Numbered from the stretch's first letter, positions 39,862 to 49,398 are shown. The stretch is 64,000 nt of DNA from Bacteriovoracia bacterium (GCA_050251055.1 JBFWNL010000006.1:96001-160000); one strand, 5' to 3'. Notes: generated from the letters alone by a model not told the origin. A program made the numbers and translations.

Positions 39862-40796
39862 AAATTTTTTCAATCACTCCAGGCTGACCGAAAAACACAA
39901 ACAAACTAAGTAGTTAATATCAAAGAGCCTGATGTAACTTAGGGAGTTCGAGATTTTACAAAATTTCTCGAGTTTTCACCAGTATGCTCCATATTTGCTA
40001 CACGAATGCTACATGCATTGGTGAGATTGGGGAGTTGAGGAGCCACTCTTTGGGAGCTGAAATCTTCAGATTCTGACCGCTATTGATGCGGTTTCAAGAG
40101 TTAAGGCGCGAATTAAAAGATTGGTGTAGCGGTCGACATTGATGTCTATACTTTGGTGTCAATTCAGATAGAATATTTTTATGAAAAAATTTTTCATTTC
40201 TATTATTGCCGTTTGCTTGATGTGCGCATGCGGTCCTAAAAATTCCGGGCCTGAGCAACCGCCGACTAAATACATTGAATATGACTTGAGCGAAACGTTA
40301 CCTGCCGGCGTTTGGAAAGGGGAAGGATACTCTCACACGTCGATTGGCGAAAAAAATCACGTGGAAATTGAAATCCAAATCGATAGAAACAATATCATTA
40401 CTGACACGTATTCCGGAGTATTCCACGGGGTCGCGCACGAGAGTTTTGAGTACGTCTCGAAGGGACTTGCAAATGTAATACACAACGACGAAAAAATTGG
40501 TACGTGCCGGTGCGCTCTTTCTATGTGCGATTGTGATCTTGTCTCTGACGGGGTAACAATGAATCGCATCATCACCTTTTCTAAAATTGGTATCGATATT
40601 GTCGAAGCCGGTTCCTTAGGTGATTTGACCTTCGAACAAACATATAGACTTTACGTTAAGAAATAGGCACAAAACCCCTACTCCAGTTGGCAAATTTTGG
40701 TCGGAAACCCTGATTTTCACATGAACAGAAATAGCTCTGCTACATTCATGCTACAAAACCCGCGCAAGTGCCCAAAATGATTGAAGTGCCGTAGTA
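39862..40796. mobile_element. Integrase-less mini integrative element remnant at a tRNA-Pro att site
   Basis: Bounded by CCGACCATT cores; TGCTACA repeats at 11-bp spacing near both ends; AT-rich; one cargo gene. Confidence 0.6.
40181..40666 (+). CDS. Hypothetical lipoprotein (island cargo)
   Basis: MKKFF...LMCAC|G lipobox; AT-rich. Confidence 0.7.
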   Translation: MKKFFISIIAVCLMCACGPKNSGPEQPPTKYIEYDLSETLPAGVWKGEGYSHTSIGEKNHVEIEIQIDRNNIITDTYSGVFHGVAHESFEYVSKGLANVIHNDEKIGTCRCALSMCDCDLVSDGVTMNRIITFSKIGIDIVEAGSLGDLTFEQTYRLYVKK

Positions 40797-40888
40797 CCGA
40801 CCATTTCTTCCTTCCCTATCTTCATACCCACCAGGGCTCAGACAGTCCTCGGCTTGCTTTGCAAGCCTGCGGAACTCGCCGGCGGGTC
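40797..40888 (+). repeat. 92-bp direct repeat of the tRNA 3' tip plus downstream flank (39581-39672)
   Basis: 89 of 92 positions identical by manual alignment. Confidence 0.92.
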
Positions 40889-40947
40889 CCTCACTCAGGC
40901 AATATCTCTCGAGTACATCGAGTGGCTGACTGGAAATTCAGAACTAC

Positions 40948-42198
40948 CTATCTGTTCCGCCGGGTGATGACTTCGGTGAATACGTCCTCGACCTCATCCA
41001 GCACGGTGGGCGCCAAGAAGGGTGCGCCTTCGGAATCGCCTCGGTCTTCAAAGTTCATTGGGAATAGATAGGGGTAGCGCGCGCACGCGCGGGGCGGTTG
41101 CTGGCTGGACTCGAGCCGGCAGAGCTCCTGGGTCGGCATCACGTGGGCGACGTAGTAGAAATCGCCGGCGGGTCCCTCCACGACGGAGCCGTGCCCGACG
41201 TTTCGAGTGCCGGACATTAGCAGGTGTCGACCAGAAAGTCGGTTCTTCGCACGATCCCGAAGGCCGCGGATGCTTTTCGCGGCCACCCAAAATGTTTGGT
41301 AGTAGCTGCTGCGATAACTGTTGGCCGAAAAAATGGCGTAATAAAGATGCTTGAGGGGGTGCCAGAATATTTCGGTCCCTTCGATTACGCCATGGATGTA
41401 TCTCAGGGGCGCGTCTTCCCGGTTGTAGTTGAACCCCAACTTGAAATCCCCTAGCTCGGATGAACGAGAGAGCTCTTCGAGTAGTTTCGGATTTTTCGGT
41501 GAAACGAGTCGTTTAGGGATATTGGTGTCCTGACAAAGCAAGTGCGTGGGACGATTGGCGCGAAGCCGGGTGAGATAGGTCGCGTATCCCTGTTTGTTCA
41601 CCCGGGAATAAGCGAGCCACGGCGCGCCGGAGTGATTCCAAACCACCGAGCCGTCATAGGATCCTTCGAGTCCTTTTGATAGTTTTGGACAGGTTGCGGA
41701 TAGAGCGAAGGGCTCGCCGGTCGCCGTTCCGAATGGTCCCGTGGGGGAGTCGCTCGTGGCGACATAGAGCTGGATGTCCCGGTCATTTCCGCAACGGCCG
41801 TTTTCCACGGGGATTGCGCCGAAGTAGGCCACGTATTTTTTTAATGTTTTTGAATGGTGAATGCCGACGCTGCGTGGGCAGAGGGCTCCGGTTTTGAAGA
41901 GCAGTGGCTTACCTTTGGGGTAGCCGCGGTTAAAGCGCTCGGCCCCGCCGAAAAGATATCCATGCTTTTTCCAGCGCACGAGATCAGAACTCACGTAGAT
42001 CGGAGCGTCGTCGGTTCCCACGGTTCCGGTCATGACGTAAAGCAGTTCGGGCTGATCGACGCGCAAGACGGTGAGGTCGGCCAAGGGCTCGGGCGTGAGC
42101 GGATTCTTCGCGAGTTCGATTTGATAGGGTCCGGCCGCCAAAGACTCCGGCGCCACTGAGTTTCGGAGGATCGTGCGTGGGTCGGTATGTCCGCTCAA
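40948..42198 (-). CDS. Glycoside hydrolase family 43-like five-bladed propeller
   Basis: LADLTV, SSDLVRW, VATSDSPTGPF, YDGSV, IEG, YYAIFSAN, GHGSVVEGP. Confidence 0.75.
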   Translation of the reverse strand: MSGHTDPRTILRNSVAPESLAAGPYQIELAKNPLTPEPLADLTVLRVDQPELLYVMTGTVGTDDAPIYVSSDLVRWKKHGYLFGGAERFNRGYPKGKPLLFKTGALCPRSVGIHHSKTLKKYVAYFGAIPVENGRCGNDRDIQLYVATSDSPTGPFGTATGEPFALSATCPKLSKGLEGSYDGSVVWNHSGAPWLAYSRVNKQGYATYLTRLRANRPTHLLCQDTNIPKRLVSPKNPKLLEELSRSSELGDFKLGFNYNREDAPLRYIHGVIEGTEIFWHPLKHLYYAIFSANSYRSSYYQTFWVAAKSIRGLRDRAKNRLSGRHLLMSGTRNVGHGSVVEGPAGDFYYVAHVMPTQELCRLESSQQPPRACARYPYLFPMNFEDRGDSEGAPFLAPTVLDEVEDVFTEVITRRNR

Positions 42199-42425
42199 TG
42201 GCGTGAGAGTTACGAAGAGTGAAATGGCTAGATAGTGCGCAGTACGAATGAGACACCTCGTAAAAAAGTGGAGACAGCTCTAGGGTAGGTGCGAGTAAAA
42301 AAATATACAATGTGTCAAAATGTATGTAATAATTTGTAATTAAAAATACAATAAATACGTATATTTATAAAAATAATAAAAATTAAAAATTTTTTTATGT
42401 ATTCAAAAAGTGATCGAACGTAAGC

Positions 42426-42878
42426 TTAGGAAGCCTGAGGAAACGCCAGCAGCACCCGGGCCCGCCCCTGCATCGGCAACGTCGTTTCCTCCGTCCGCAT
42501 GCCGAGGGTACGGGCCAGTTCGTCGAGATGACGCATCCAGGGTTTATAGGACATGGAGTTATCGCTGCAGCAAGGAACGACGGCGCAGGGGATTCGGTGT
42601 TTGGCCGCATACTCGATGATGATGCGGGTCGCGCCGTCGGCATGCATGCCCACCACTAAATCCGCCTCGCAAGGCTCCGTCAGCGTGAATTCACGCTCGG
42701 CGAACGGAACCTCCAAGTGCTTGTGACGGCGATCGAAGGTCAGGCACTGGCGGCCCCGGCGGGTCAGTGATTCGTTGAGCTTTCCCATGCCACCCGCAAC
42801 GTCGAAAATACGGCGTGCTTCGGGAAAGCGATCGACGAGTAAATCGGCGAATAAATCAAAGCGGCGGAGGTCGGCCAT
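42426..42878 (-). CDS. Class I SAM-dependent methyltransferase-like protein
   Basis: FDVAGGMG motif I; VVGMHADGAT, VVPCC. Confidence 0.7.
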   Translation of the reverse strand: MADLRRFDLFADLLVDRFPEARRIFDVAGGMGKLNESLTRRGRQCLTFDRRHKHLEVPFAEREFTLTEPCEADLVVGMHADGATRIIIEYAAKHRIPCAVVPCCSDNSMSYKPWMRHLDELARTLGMRTEETTLPMQGRARVLLAFPQAS

Positions 42879-42962
42879 GATTCATCGGTCTTTACCGTAA
42901 GTGGATCCCTTTCGCTAGGCCTCCTCGAGCAGAATTTAGCCCCATGAACCGAAGGAGTCGCC

Positions 42963-44285
42963 TTACTCACGCTCGCATACTCGGCATCTAGAGACAAGTT
43001 GCGCGGCCAGTTGGGCGGCTCCCCCTGCGTAGTAGCCATTTCCGGTCGAGGATCCCCCGAGCGCTGGCGCGGTGCCTTGCATTCCAGCGGCCAACCACTT
43101 TCCGTTCTCATACGCGCTGTGGGCGTAACAATGGTGCCCGTTGCATTGAGCGGTTGGGTGGAGAAGAAACTCCGGCATGCAGCTCCCGCTGCCGGCTAGG
43201 TTTGACTGAGCATCCGTCCGCTCGCTTCCGTAATAACTGTAGCCTTCCCAAAGAGATCGCCACTGGTCGCCGGGCGGACATTCGGGGGTATCGTTGGTTT
43301 GGCTGTGTACGGCAATCACACGGGACGTGTGTTTGCCGCATACGACGCAGCGACTGACCATTTGGCGGACCACGGCAGGGTCATAAATGTCCGCGTTTGG
43401 GCCGGGTTGGGTGGCTTCGGAGAAGGCTTTTGTGGAAATCCATAGGCTATAACTGCTGTCGTCGGTAGAGGAAGAGAGGCACCCCGCACCGTTGCAGCCG
43501 ATAATTCCGCCCGGATCGAAGTGGCGCAAACATGCACCCGGCTGGGAGAGGTCCTGGCCCCGGGACATCCACACAGACTGGTAGGATAGGCTTATCGCGC
43601 CGGCGAAGCTGTATCCACGCCACAGCTCTTCCCAGCCGCTTCCTTTTCCCATTTGCGTTTGGCAGTAATCGGCGGGTGGCTCGGCGGCAGATTGCGTGTG
43701 TCGAACGAGCGTTTCGTAGTTGCCCCCTCTTTGTGTCGATGCGGAATTGGACGTGGTGCAGCCTTCGATTTTCCCGTCCGCAACTCTCACATGAATGGGA
43801 ACCGAGATTCGAACTTTTGAGCTAGCCGACGCAGTAATGTTGGCATCGAGGGCACCGATTACTTCGATTTTTGCCGAATACAAATCACCCATGGCAGTTA
43901 CTCTTGAAAAACCTCCCACGGAGATGCTTTCGTATACCACCGATCCGTGGGGTCCGGGGACGAGGATCGCTTGAATTTTTTCCTGACAATCCGGCGAGTA
44001 AGAAAATATGCCATCTACTTTTACTTCGTCGATTTGGCCTTCTCGCGAGATATTTAATGACTTTCCCAGTAATGAGCAGGTGCAAGCGTTAGTCAATCGG
44101 AGGCTTTCCGACAGGTGTATTTTGTCGGAGTTTACATCGACTCGACGCGAGGACTGCTCGAGCACCCGTCTTTGCCCGAGCACGGAACTCGCGATTGCTA
44201 ACGTACCGATCGCTAGCGCGGCCATGGCGAGGATTACCTCTAGGAAAGAAAACCCCTTTACGCCGATAACACCCCTGCTATCCAT
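42963..44285 (-). CDS. Type IV pilin/pseudopilin-like protein with C-terminal collagen IV NC1 (two C4 repeats)
   Basis: KG|FSFLEVIL class III signal plus hydrophobic helix; residues about 190-440 carry RHTQS...LWRGYS...GQDLSQPGACLRHF...SRCVVC and AVHSQT...CPPG..WRSLWEGYS...LAGSGSCMPEF...SRCRVC. Confidence 0.88.
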   Translation of the reverse strand: MDSRGVIGVKGFSFLEVILAMAALAIGTLAIASSVLGQRRVLEQSSRRVDVNSDKIHLSESLRLTNACTCSLLGKSLNISREGQIDEVKVDGIFSYSPDCQEKIQAILVPGPHGSVVYESISVGGFSRVTAMGDLYSAKIEVIGALDANITASASSKVRISVPIHVRVADGKIEGCTTSNSASTQRGGNYETLVRHTQSAAEPPADYCQTQMGKGSGWEELWRGYSFAGAISLSYQSVWMSRGQDLSQPGACLRHFDPGGIIGCNGAGCLSSSTDDSSYSLWISTKAFSEATQPGPNADIYDPAVVRQMVSRCVVCGKHTSRVIAVHSQTNDTPECPPGDQWRSLWEGYSYYGSERTDAQSNLAGSGSCMPEFLLHPTAQCNGHHCYAHSAYENGKWLAAGMQGTAPALGGSSTGNGYYAGGAAQLAAQLVSRCRVCERE

Positions 44286-44325
44286 ATAGTCCCCCTTGCG
44301 CTAGAAAAAATTGAGCCGATAGGCA

Positions 44326-44369
44326 AAGAGGGGGGAAGGCTGCTAAACGAAGCAAACTTCCCCCCTTTT
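44326..44369 (-). terminator. Hairpin between pentapeptide gene and pilin-NC1 gene (possible weak terminator or RNA stabiliser)
   Basis: AGGGGGGAAG...CTTCCCCCCT arms with a long loop. Confidence 0.4.
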
Positions 44370-44389
44370 CGGCAGTAATTTGGGAGTGA

Positions 44390-45991
44390 TTACTGCAAAA
44401 TCATTCCCTTGGCCTGCGGATTGAATCCGGCAGGAAAAACCGTACAGGACGTATAGCGCGCGCCCGTAAGTTGAGCCTGTCCGAAGGTGGGTGCTCCGGA
44501 GAGATCGACCTTTCCCAGCTTGGCTTGCCGCAGATCCGTTCCCGCGTTGAAAATCGAACCCGGAAAGGAAACGCCCGCCGCCTGGGCGCAGTTCTGCACC
44601 TGGCCCACCGTGGCCTCGCCAAATTTCACATCCGAAAAGTTCACGGTAGCGAAATTAGCTCGATCGAGAATGGTGACTTTCTCGAACCGGCTGCCGTTTA
44701 ACTCCGTCGAGTAGAGCTGCTCGGATACCGTCATTTGGCGGACCTCTAGATTACGCATATTCACGAGGTACATGTAGGCGCCGGCGCCGCCGTCTAGAAT
44801 CTGCAAGTCGTCAATGTGCGAACCACTGAAGTTCGAGCTTTGTACGTAGCCGGATAGATAGAGCATGTCGAGATGGGACGCGCGAACATCGGCGCCGACG
44901 AGAGATCCCACATTCGAGCTGAGTTGGCTCCAGCTGTAGAGATGGAGCCCAATGTAAGCATCGGCGGACTTTTTATCTTCCGTCACCACGTCGCCCAGAC
45001 GGCTCTCTTCTTCGGCCAGTCCGCTATTCAGGGGGTCGCTCCCTTTCGGTCTAGAATCTCTTCCCATGCCGACGGCTTTCAATCCGGTCACATACGAGGC
45101 ATTGATATATATTGCCCGCTGGGCTCCCGTGGCATCCATCCGGTTTAAATTGGACGCGTCGACCTGCATTTCTGCCTGGAGGCCTCGGGCGATTAGGTCC
45201 GAAGCATTAGCTAAGTGAAATGCGATTCCGTCCTTTGCGTAGACACCTGAGAAGTCGGCGCCGTTGAGGGTCCCTCCCCAGAAATCAGCACGTCCAGAAA
45301 AATAAGCTTGATTGAATTTCGCGCCGTTGAAATTTGAGTGACCATAGATGTAGTTAACAATCTGATACCCTTGCAAGTAACTCGCACGCGCGCCGAAAGA
45401 GACGTCGCCCAAGAGGGCCTTCATTCCCGAGAGATTGGCGTTTGTGAAGTCGGAGTAGACTACGCGATTTTTATTGCCAAACCATTGTAGGCCGCTGAGG
45501 TCGGCTCCCGAGAATGTGCTGCCGTAGATGTAGGTGTCCGACAGCTTAGCGTTCTTGAGCTGGGTTGGACGACCGGCGGCGGAGTTGAAATTCGTGTTGA
45601 CCCAACGGGCGCCACTGAAGTCACCGGCCGAAACCGTCGTACCAGTGCGGTTCGCGTTCAGTGATTCACCGCAGATGCCAAGGGTCGCTGCGTTTAGCCC
45701 GATAGTATTCCCGCGTTTGCATACATTCTCGCGGATCTGGCAAGTGCACACGCCGTTCGACATGTAACCCGTCGGACAGTTCACCACCACGCCTACACCG
45801 GGCATGACCGTCGGAATTGCGGTCATCACGACCTGGTTGTCGCAGACCAGCTGGCGGGGCTCCATCGAATTCTTCGCCACTCTGATGTAGGCGAAAGATC
45901 CAGGGTCATCCGCCCCGGCGGTCGTGACGCCGCCGAAAAAAAACAGAATACACGCCCCCATCCGTCCGAAATACACGCGCTTGTCTTTCAT
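44390..45991 (-). CDS. Secreted pentapeptide-repeat protein with Cys-containing N-terminal domain
   Basis: GGGGAG RBS; signal-like N-terminus; many GADLS/NANLS/GAKFN/GADFS pentapeptides; C-terminal ARYTSCTVFPAGFNPQAKGM cap. Confidence 0.85.
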   Translation of the reverse strand: MKDKRVYFGRMGACILFFFGGVTTAGADDPGSFAYIRVAKNSMEPRQLVCDNQVVMTAIPTVMPGVGVVVNCPTGYMSNGVCTCQIRENVCKRGNTIGLNAATLGICGESLNANRTGTTVSAGDFSGARWVNTNFNSAAGRPTQLKNAKLSDTYIYGSTFSGADLSGLQWFGNKNRVVYSDFTNANLSGMKALLGDVSFGARASYLQGYQIVNYIYGHSNFNGAKFNQAYFSGRADFWGGTLNGADFSGVYAKDGIAFHLANASDLIARGLQAEMQVDASNLNRMDATGAQRAIYINASYVTGLKAVGMGRDSRPKGSDPLNSGLAEEESRLGDVVTEDKKSADAYIGLHLYSWSQLSSNVGSLVGADVRASHLDMLYLSGYVQSSNFSGSHIDDLQILDGGAGAYMYLVNMRNLEVRQMTVSEQLYSTELNGSRFEKVTILDRANFATVNFSDVKFGEATVGQVQNCAQAAGVSFPGSIFNAGTDLRQAKLGKVDLSGAPTFGQAQLTGARYTSCTVFPAGFNPQAKGMILQ

Positions 45992-46026
45992 GTTATTGCT
46001 CCCCCATTTTGTGATCGTAAATGGGA

Positions 46027-46053
46027 GATGCGGAGGAATGGGGCCAGGTTGCA
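46027..46053 (-). promoter_or_regulatory. ECF sigma-type promoter, copy 1
   Basis: Minus strand TGCAAC-N15-CGCATC upstream of the pentapeptide gene. Confidence 0.6.
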
Positions 46054-46101
46054 CCGCTTTTAAATTTTACCTGCCAAGGGGTGGGTCAATCACGACCCGG
46101 G

Positions 46102-47877
46102 TCAAAAAAATCCCCGAAAAAGATAGGTCATGACGTTTTGCCAGCCCGCCTCGAATTCTGCGGATTTTGAACGGGGTAGTGGCGAGTCGCCGGCGTGGTC
46201 GTATTCTCCATCTGCCCCCAATCGGTAGGAATCGCGGGCTCGCGTCATCGTCACTTCCCGCAGGGCCTCCGCCACGGCGGGAGCATTCGGGACGATCAGC
46301 AGTAGCTCTAGATTATATTCAAGGGAGCGTGGATCGAGGTTTGCCGATCCGATAATGGAGGTGGTTCGATCGATTACCATTGTTTTGGCGTGAAGCTCTG
46401 AGCGAGGGTTGCCCCCCCAAGTTTTTCCCGCGAATCCAAACACCGTCATCCCTGATCGTACCAGGCCCGGTAATTCGGACTCCATGATGTTGGCCAGGAC
46501 CAGATACTCATCGTCGAAGCTGTAACGGCTATTGGTGACTAAATTTACCGCCACGTGACGATCCCGGACCGCGGCGCGAATTTCTTCGGCGACTTCCCCG
46601 CGTAGTATCACGTAGGGATTCTCGACCCAAATCTCCTCGCGGGCATTTTTGATGTAGCTCGCCAGCGTGCCCGCGGTGACTCTGCCCCGGTAACAGTTTC
46701 CGGGTCGGTCGCTCGCGAAAATCAGCTCATCGACATCGAAGGTTCGAATCGCGGCGTGCTCGCGTTGACCTCCTATTTCGACCCATTTGCGCAATCCTTC
46801 AGAATCTCGATTTATTTGCCACCAAGGCGAGGAGGGGCGGTCGGAATTTTTCCAAAGTAATGCTTCGGGGGATTCCCAAATCCGGTCAAAGGTAGCCCGA
46901 ATCCGATGAACAATCGGCCCTTTCACCCAGACGTCCCGGTCCTGATAAACTTTTTTCGTGGTCGCGATATTGAAATATTGATCGGACAAGTTTCTTCCCC
47001 CTAGGAGTGCTTGGCGGTCGTCGACTATTATTAGCTTTCGATGGTTCCGAAGCTGTGCGGGGTTGAGGCCAGGATAAGGATTGAAAAAACGAAAACTCAA
47101 GCCGGCGTTAGCCAGCGATCCGGTCTGATTTTCATCAGGGAAAGCGGTTCCCGGGGATCGATCCAGGAGGAAACGAACTCGTACTCCGGCTTTTGCGCGT
47201 TCCACCAGTGCCTGCAAAATCAGGCTAGCGGACCTATCGCGCCCTAGCTCGAACGACTCTAGCTCGATGGAGTACTTGGCTTCTCTAATCATCCGCAAGC
47301 GTTCATAGAGGGAGGGGAGTCCTTGATCGAGGACTCGAATTTGGTGAGGCGCACGAGAAACCGAATAGTAAGGGGCTTCCGCCATGGTGTCGTACTTTTG
47401 AACGCGTAGACGAACTCGATGGCTTTTGAAAATCGCTTCTGCGTAAGGAGTAAGGTCTTTTCCGTAGTGCCGGACGTAAAGCACGATGTTTTTAGGTCGC
47501 TCCCGGCTTGCTTTCTCAGTGAGTGGATAGAGGTCTTCCGGGTGAATTTGATATCCGGATATGGGAAGTCCATCATGCGCACGCACTACAAAAGCTAGAT
47601 GGCTCAGTTGAACGGGGACGGCATAGGGTCGGGTTTTCGTTTCGGGTATCTCCAACCAAAGGGGAACGCGATATTTATATGCGGAATGATCCGATCGCTC
47701 GACCGGGCCCCATTTCATTTCTATGTCGCTAATCAACGATCGATCTGAGCTGGCGTCGCGTGCGTAAACGTCCACTTGGGCGCCTAAGTTCCAAAGGGGG
47801 TCGTCCGCGCTCGATGCCTGCGCTGAAAAAGAAAAAAAAAGTGCCCCATAGGCTATGGCGAATGCAGGTAGGCGCAC
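46102..47877 (-). CDS. Secreted phospholipase D/cardiolipin synthase-family protein with extra N-terminal domain
   Basis: Two HKD motifs (HRKLIIVD...GGRN; HAKTMVID...GSANLD); signal peptide AQA|S; start 47877 or 47886. Confidence 0.88.
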   Translation of the reverse strand: MRLPAFAIAYGALFFSFSAQASSADDPLWNLGAQVDVYARDASSDRSLISDIEMKWGPVERSDHSAYKYRVPLWLEIPETKTRPYAVPVQLSHLAFVVRAHDGLPISGYQIHPEDLYPLTEKASRERPKNIVLYVRHYGKDLTPYAEAIFKSHRVRLRVQKYDTMAEAPYYSVSRAPHQIRVLDQGLPSLYERLRMIREAKYSIELESFELGRDRSASLILQALVERAKAGVRVRFLLDRSPGTAFPDENQTGSLANAGLSFRFFNPYPGLNPAQLRNHRKLIIVDDRQALLGGRNLSDQYFNIATTKKVYQDRDVWVKGPIVHRIRATFDRIWESPEALLWKNSDRPSSPWWQINRDSEGLRKWVEIGGQREHAAIRTFDVDELIFASDRPGNCYRGRVTAGTLASYIKNAREEIWVENPYVILRGEVAEEIRAAVRDRHVAVNLVTNSRYSFDDEYLVLANIMESELPGLVRSGMTVFGFAGKTWGGNPRSELHAKTMVIDRTTSIIGSANLDPRSLEYNLELLLIVPNAPAVAEALREVTMTRARDSYRLGADGEYDHAGDSPLPRSKSAEFEAGWQNVMTYLFRGFF

Positions 47878-47886
47878 TTTCCTCAC

Positions 47887-47912
47887 GATGCGGAAGCTAC
47901 GAAAAAGTTGCA
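47887..47912 (-). promoter_or_regulatory. ECF sigma-type promoter, copy 2
   Basis: Minus strand TGCAACTTTT-N10-CGCATC upstream of the PLD gene. Confidence 0.6.
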
Positions 47913-47960
47913 GCCCGACTTCATTTTAGTAGGAATTGACACATAGTTTCACTGCCGCTA

Positions 47961-49397
47961 ATGTCTGGCTGCTTGATCTTAACGGCTTTACTTCTACTTG
48001 CTTCCTCGGCCTTCGCCGCTCCTGGTGGGGTGAGTTTTCGCCTGTCGGGGGGTCAGATTGAGGGTCTTGGTCTTCCCTCAGCCCCGTTGCCATCAAGCGG
48101 TGATGCGAAGCAAGTCGTGTTTCGGGGAACGTACCAGCGAAAGGGCTGGGTGCTTCTGTACAAGGGGTCGGGGGATCGCTACTACGCCCTCCGCAGAAAC
48201 TCCTCCGGCGTAGCGGAGAAGTTGGCCTTTGAGATTACCTTGGCGACGAGTGAGCTTCCGCGAGCGATCGATTTCATCGCGCTTGGTCCTCACCAACAGC
48301 GTGAGCGCCTCACCGTTTACCTCCAGCCCCCGCGTGCCTCCGTCGATCAAAAACATCCTGCCAAAAAATCTCCTTTTCTTGAGGAAGAGCAGTACATGGA
48401 AAGTCGCGATCACCTGGGTGTGGGTGGGGTGGACGGATTCACCGCGGAGCTGTTTAAGTTTGTGCAAGCACGCCAGACCTCCGTGGTTCAGTGGCAGGAC
48501 GATCAGGTTCCGATGACCCCCCGAGGCGGGTCGATCGCCGGCGAATGGGTGGCGACACTAAATGGAAAGTTTTTGAGAAAAGACTGGGCGTTGCTTGTGC
48601 AGGGAAAGCGAATCGCCTCCGGGGAAGATCGGAATTTTTCGATTACCTGGCCCATTAAAGACGTGACGACTTCAATCACCTTGCAGGCGATCGGTCCGGG
48701 TGGGGAGGTGCAGGATGAGGAAGTCGTTCTGGACTTTCCCCAGCTGGTTGAGCTCAATGCGCGCCAAACCGCGCTTTACGGGGATTCTCCGTGGCAGCAA
48801 CGCCTGAGCCTGGGAGCGATTCAGGTAGCCTACTATCCTTACGGATACGGGCAGATCTCCGAGTACGGTTTGGATTTGCGCTACAGCGCGAGTTACGCGC
48901 TGACCAAGACCAAAGAGTGGCGGGCGCAATTCGGCGGACGATTTACCCCGTTGATGATTGCCGCGGGCGCGAACGAGTATCCAATTCGCTTCTATGAGGC
49001 AGCCTTGAGCGGTACTTATGCCTATCCTTGGTTTCCTCGTAAGTTTCAGCTTCGTTTTCAACTGGGGGGAAGAGTGTCCGGGACCCTAAGTAGTCATCCT
49101 TCCGATATTGGCTATCGAATTGTCGGCGCTCAGTTCATCCCTGAGTTTGCGTATTTTTTTCCGTCCGACCACGTATTGCGCTTTCATCTCAAGTGGATCC
49201 CTATCACCAATGAGGCGGGCTGGCAGGTTCTCAATAATCGGGAGATTGCCGCGGGCATGGAGCTGGAGTTGCCGAATGTTCCGGGACGGAGCCATCATTG
49301 GGGCTTGTATTTCGAATACGCGCATCTCTCCGCTACGCAGGAGGGGCGTGGCTTGCGTCTACGCCAAATTGGATTGGGAGCGAGGCTGGTATTTTAG
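47961..49397 (+). CDS. Secreted protein with probable C-terminal outer-membrane beta-barrel
   Basis: Signal peptide AFA|A; alternating hydrophobic beta strands; C-terminal GLGARLVF. Confidence 0.6.
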   Translation: MSGCLILTALLLLASSAFAAPGGVSFRLSGGQIEGLGLPSAPLPSSGDAKQVVFRGTYQRKGWVLLYKGSGDRYYALRRNSSGVAEKLAFEITLATSELPRAIDFIALGPHQQRERLTVYLQPPRASVDQKHPAKKSPFLEEEQYMESRDHLGVGGVDGFTAELFKFVQARQTSVVQWQDDQVPMTPRGGSIAGEWVATLNGKFLRKDWALLVQGKRIASGEDRNFSITWPIKDVTTSITLQAIGPGGEVQDEEVVLDFPQLVELNARQTALYGDSPWQQRLSLGAIQVAYYPYGYGQISEYGLDLRYSASYALTKTKEWRAQFGGRFTPLMIAAGANEYPIRFYEAALSGTYAYPWFPRKFQLRFQLGGRVSGTLSSHPSDIGYRIVGAQFIPEFAYFFPSDHVLRFHLKWIPITNEAGWQVLNNREIAAGMELELPNVPGRSHHWGLYFEYAHLSATQEGRGLRLRQIGLGARLVF

Positions 49398-49398
49398 C

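Noticed and set aside
39433-39873. Short ORFs over the tRNA and its trailer
   Set aside because: Translations of tRNA and inverted-repeat sequence
39568-40888. Repeats considered as a CRISPR array
   Set aside because: Only 2-3 irregularly spaced copies derived from the tRNA end; no cas genes
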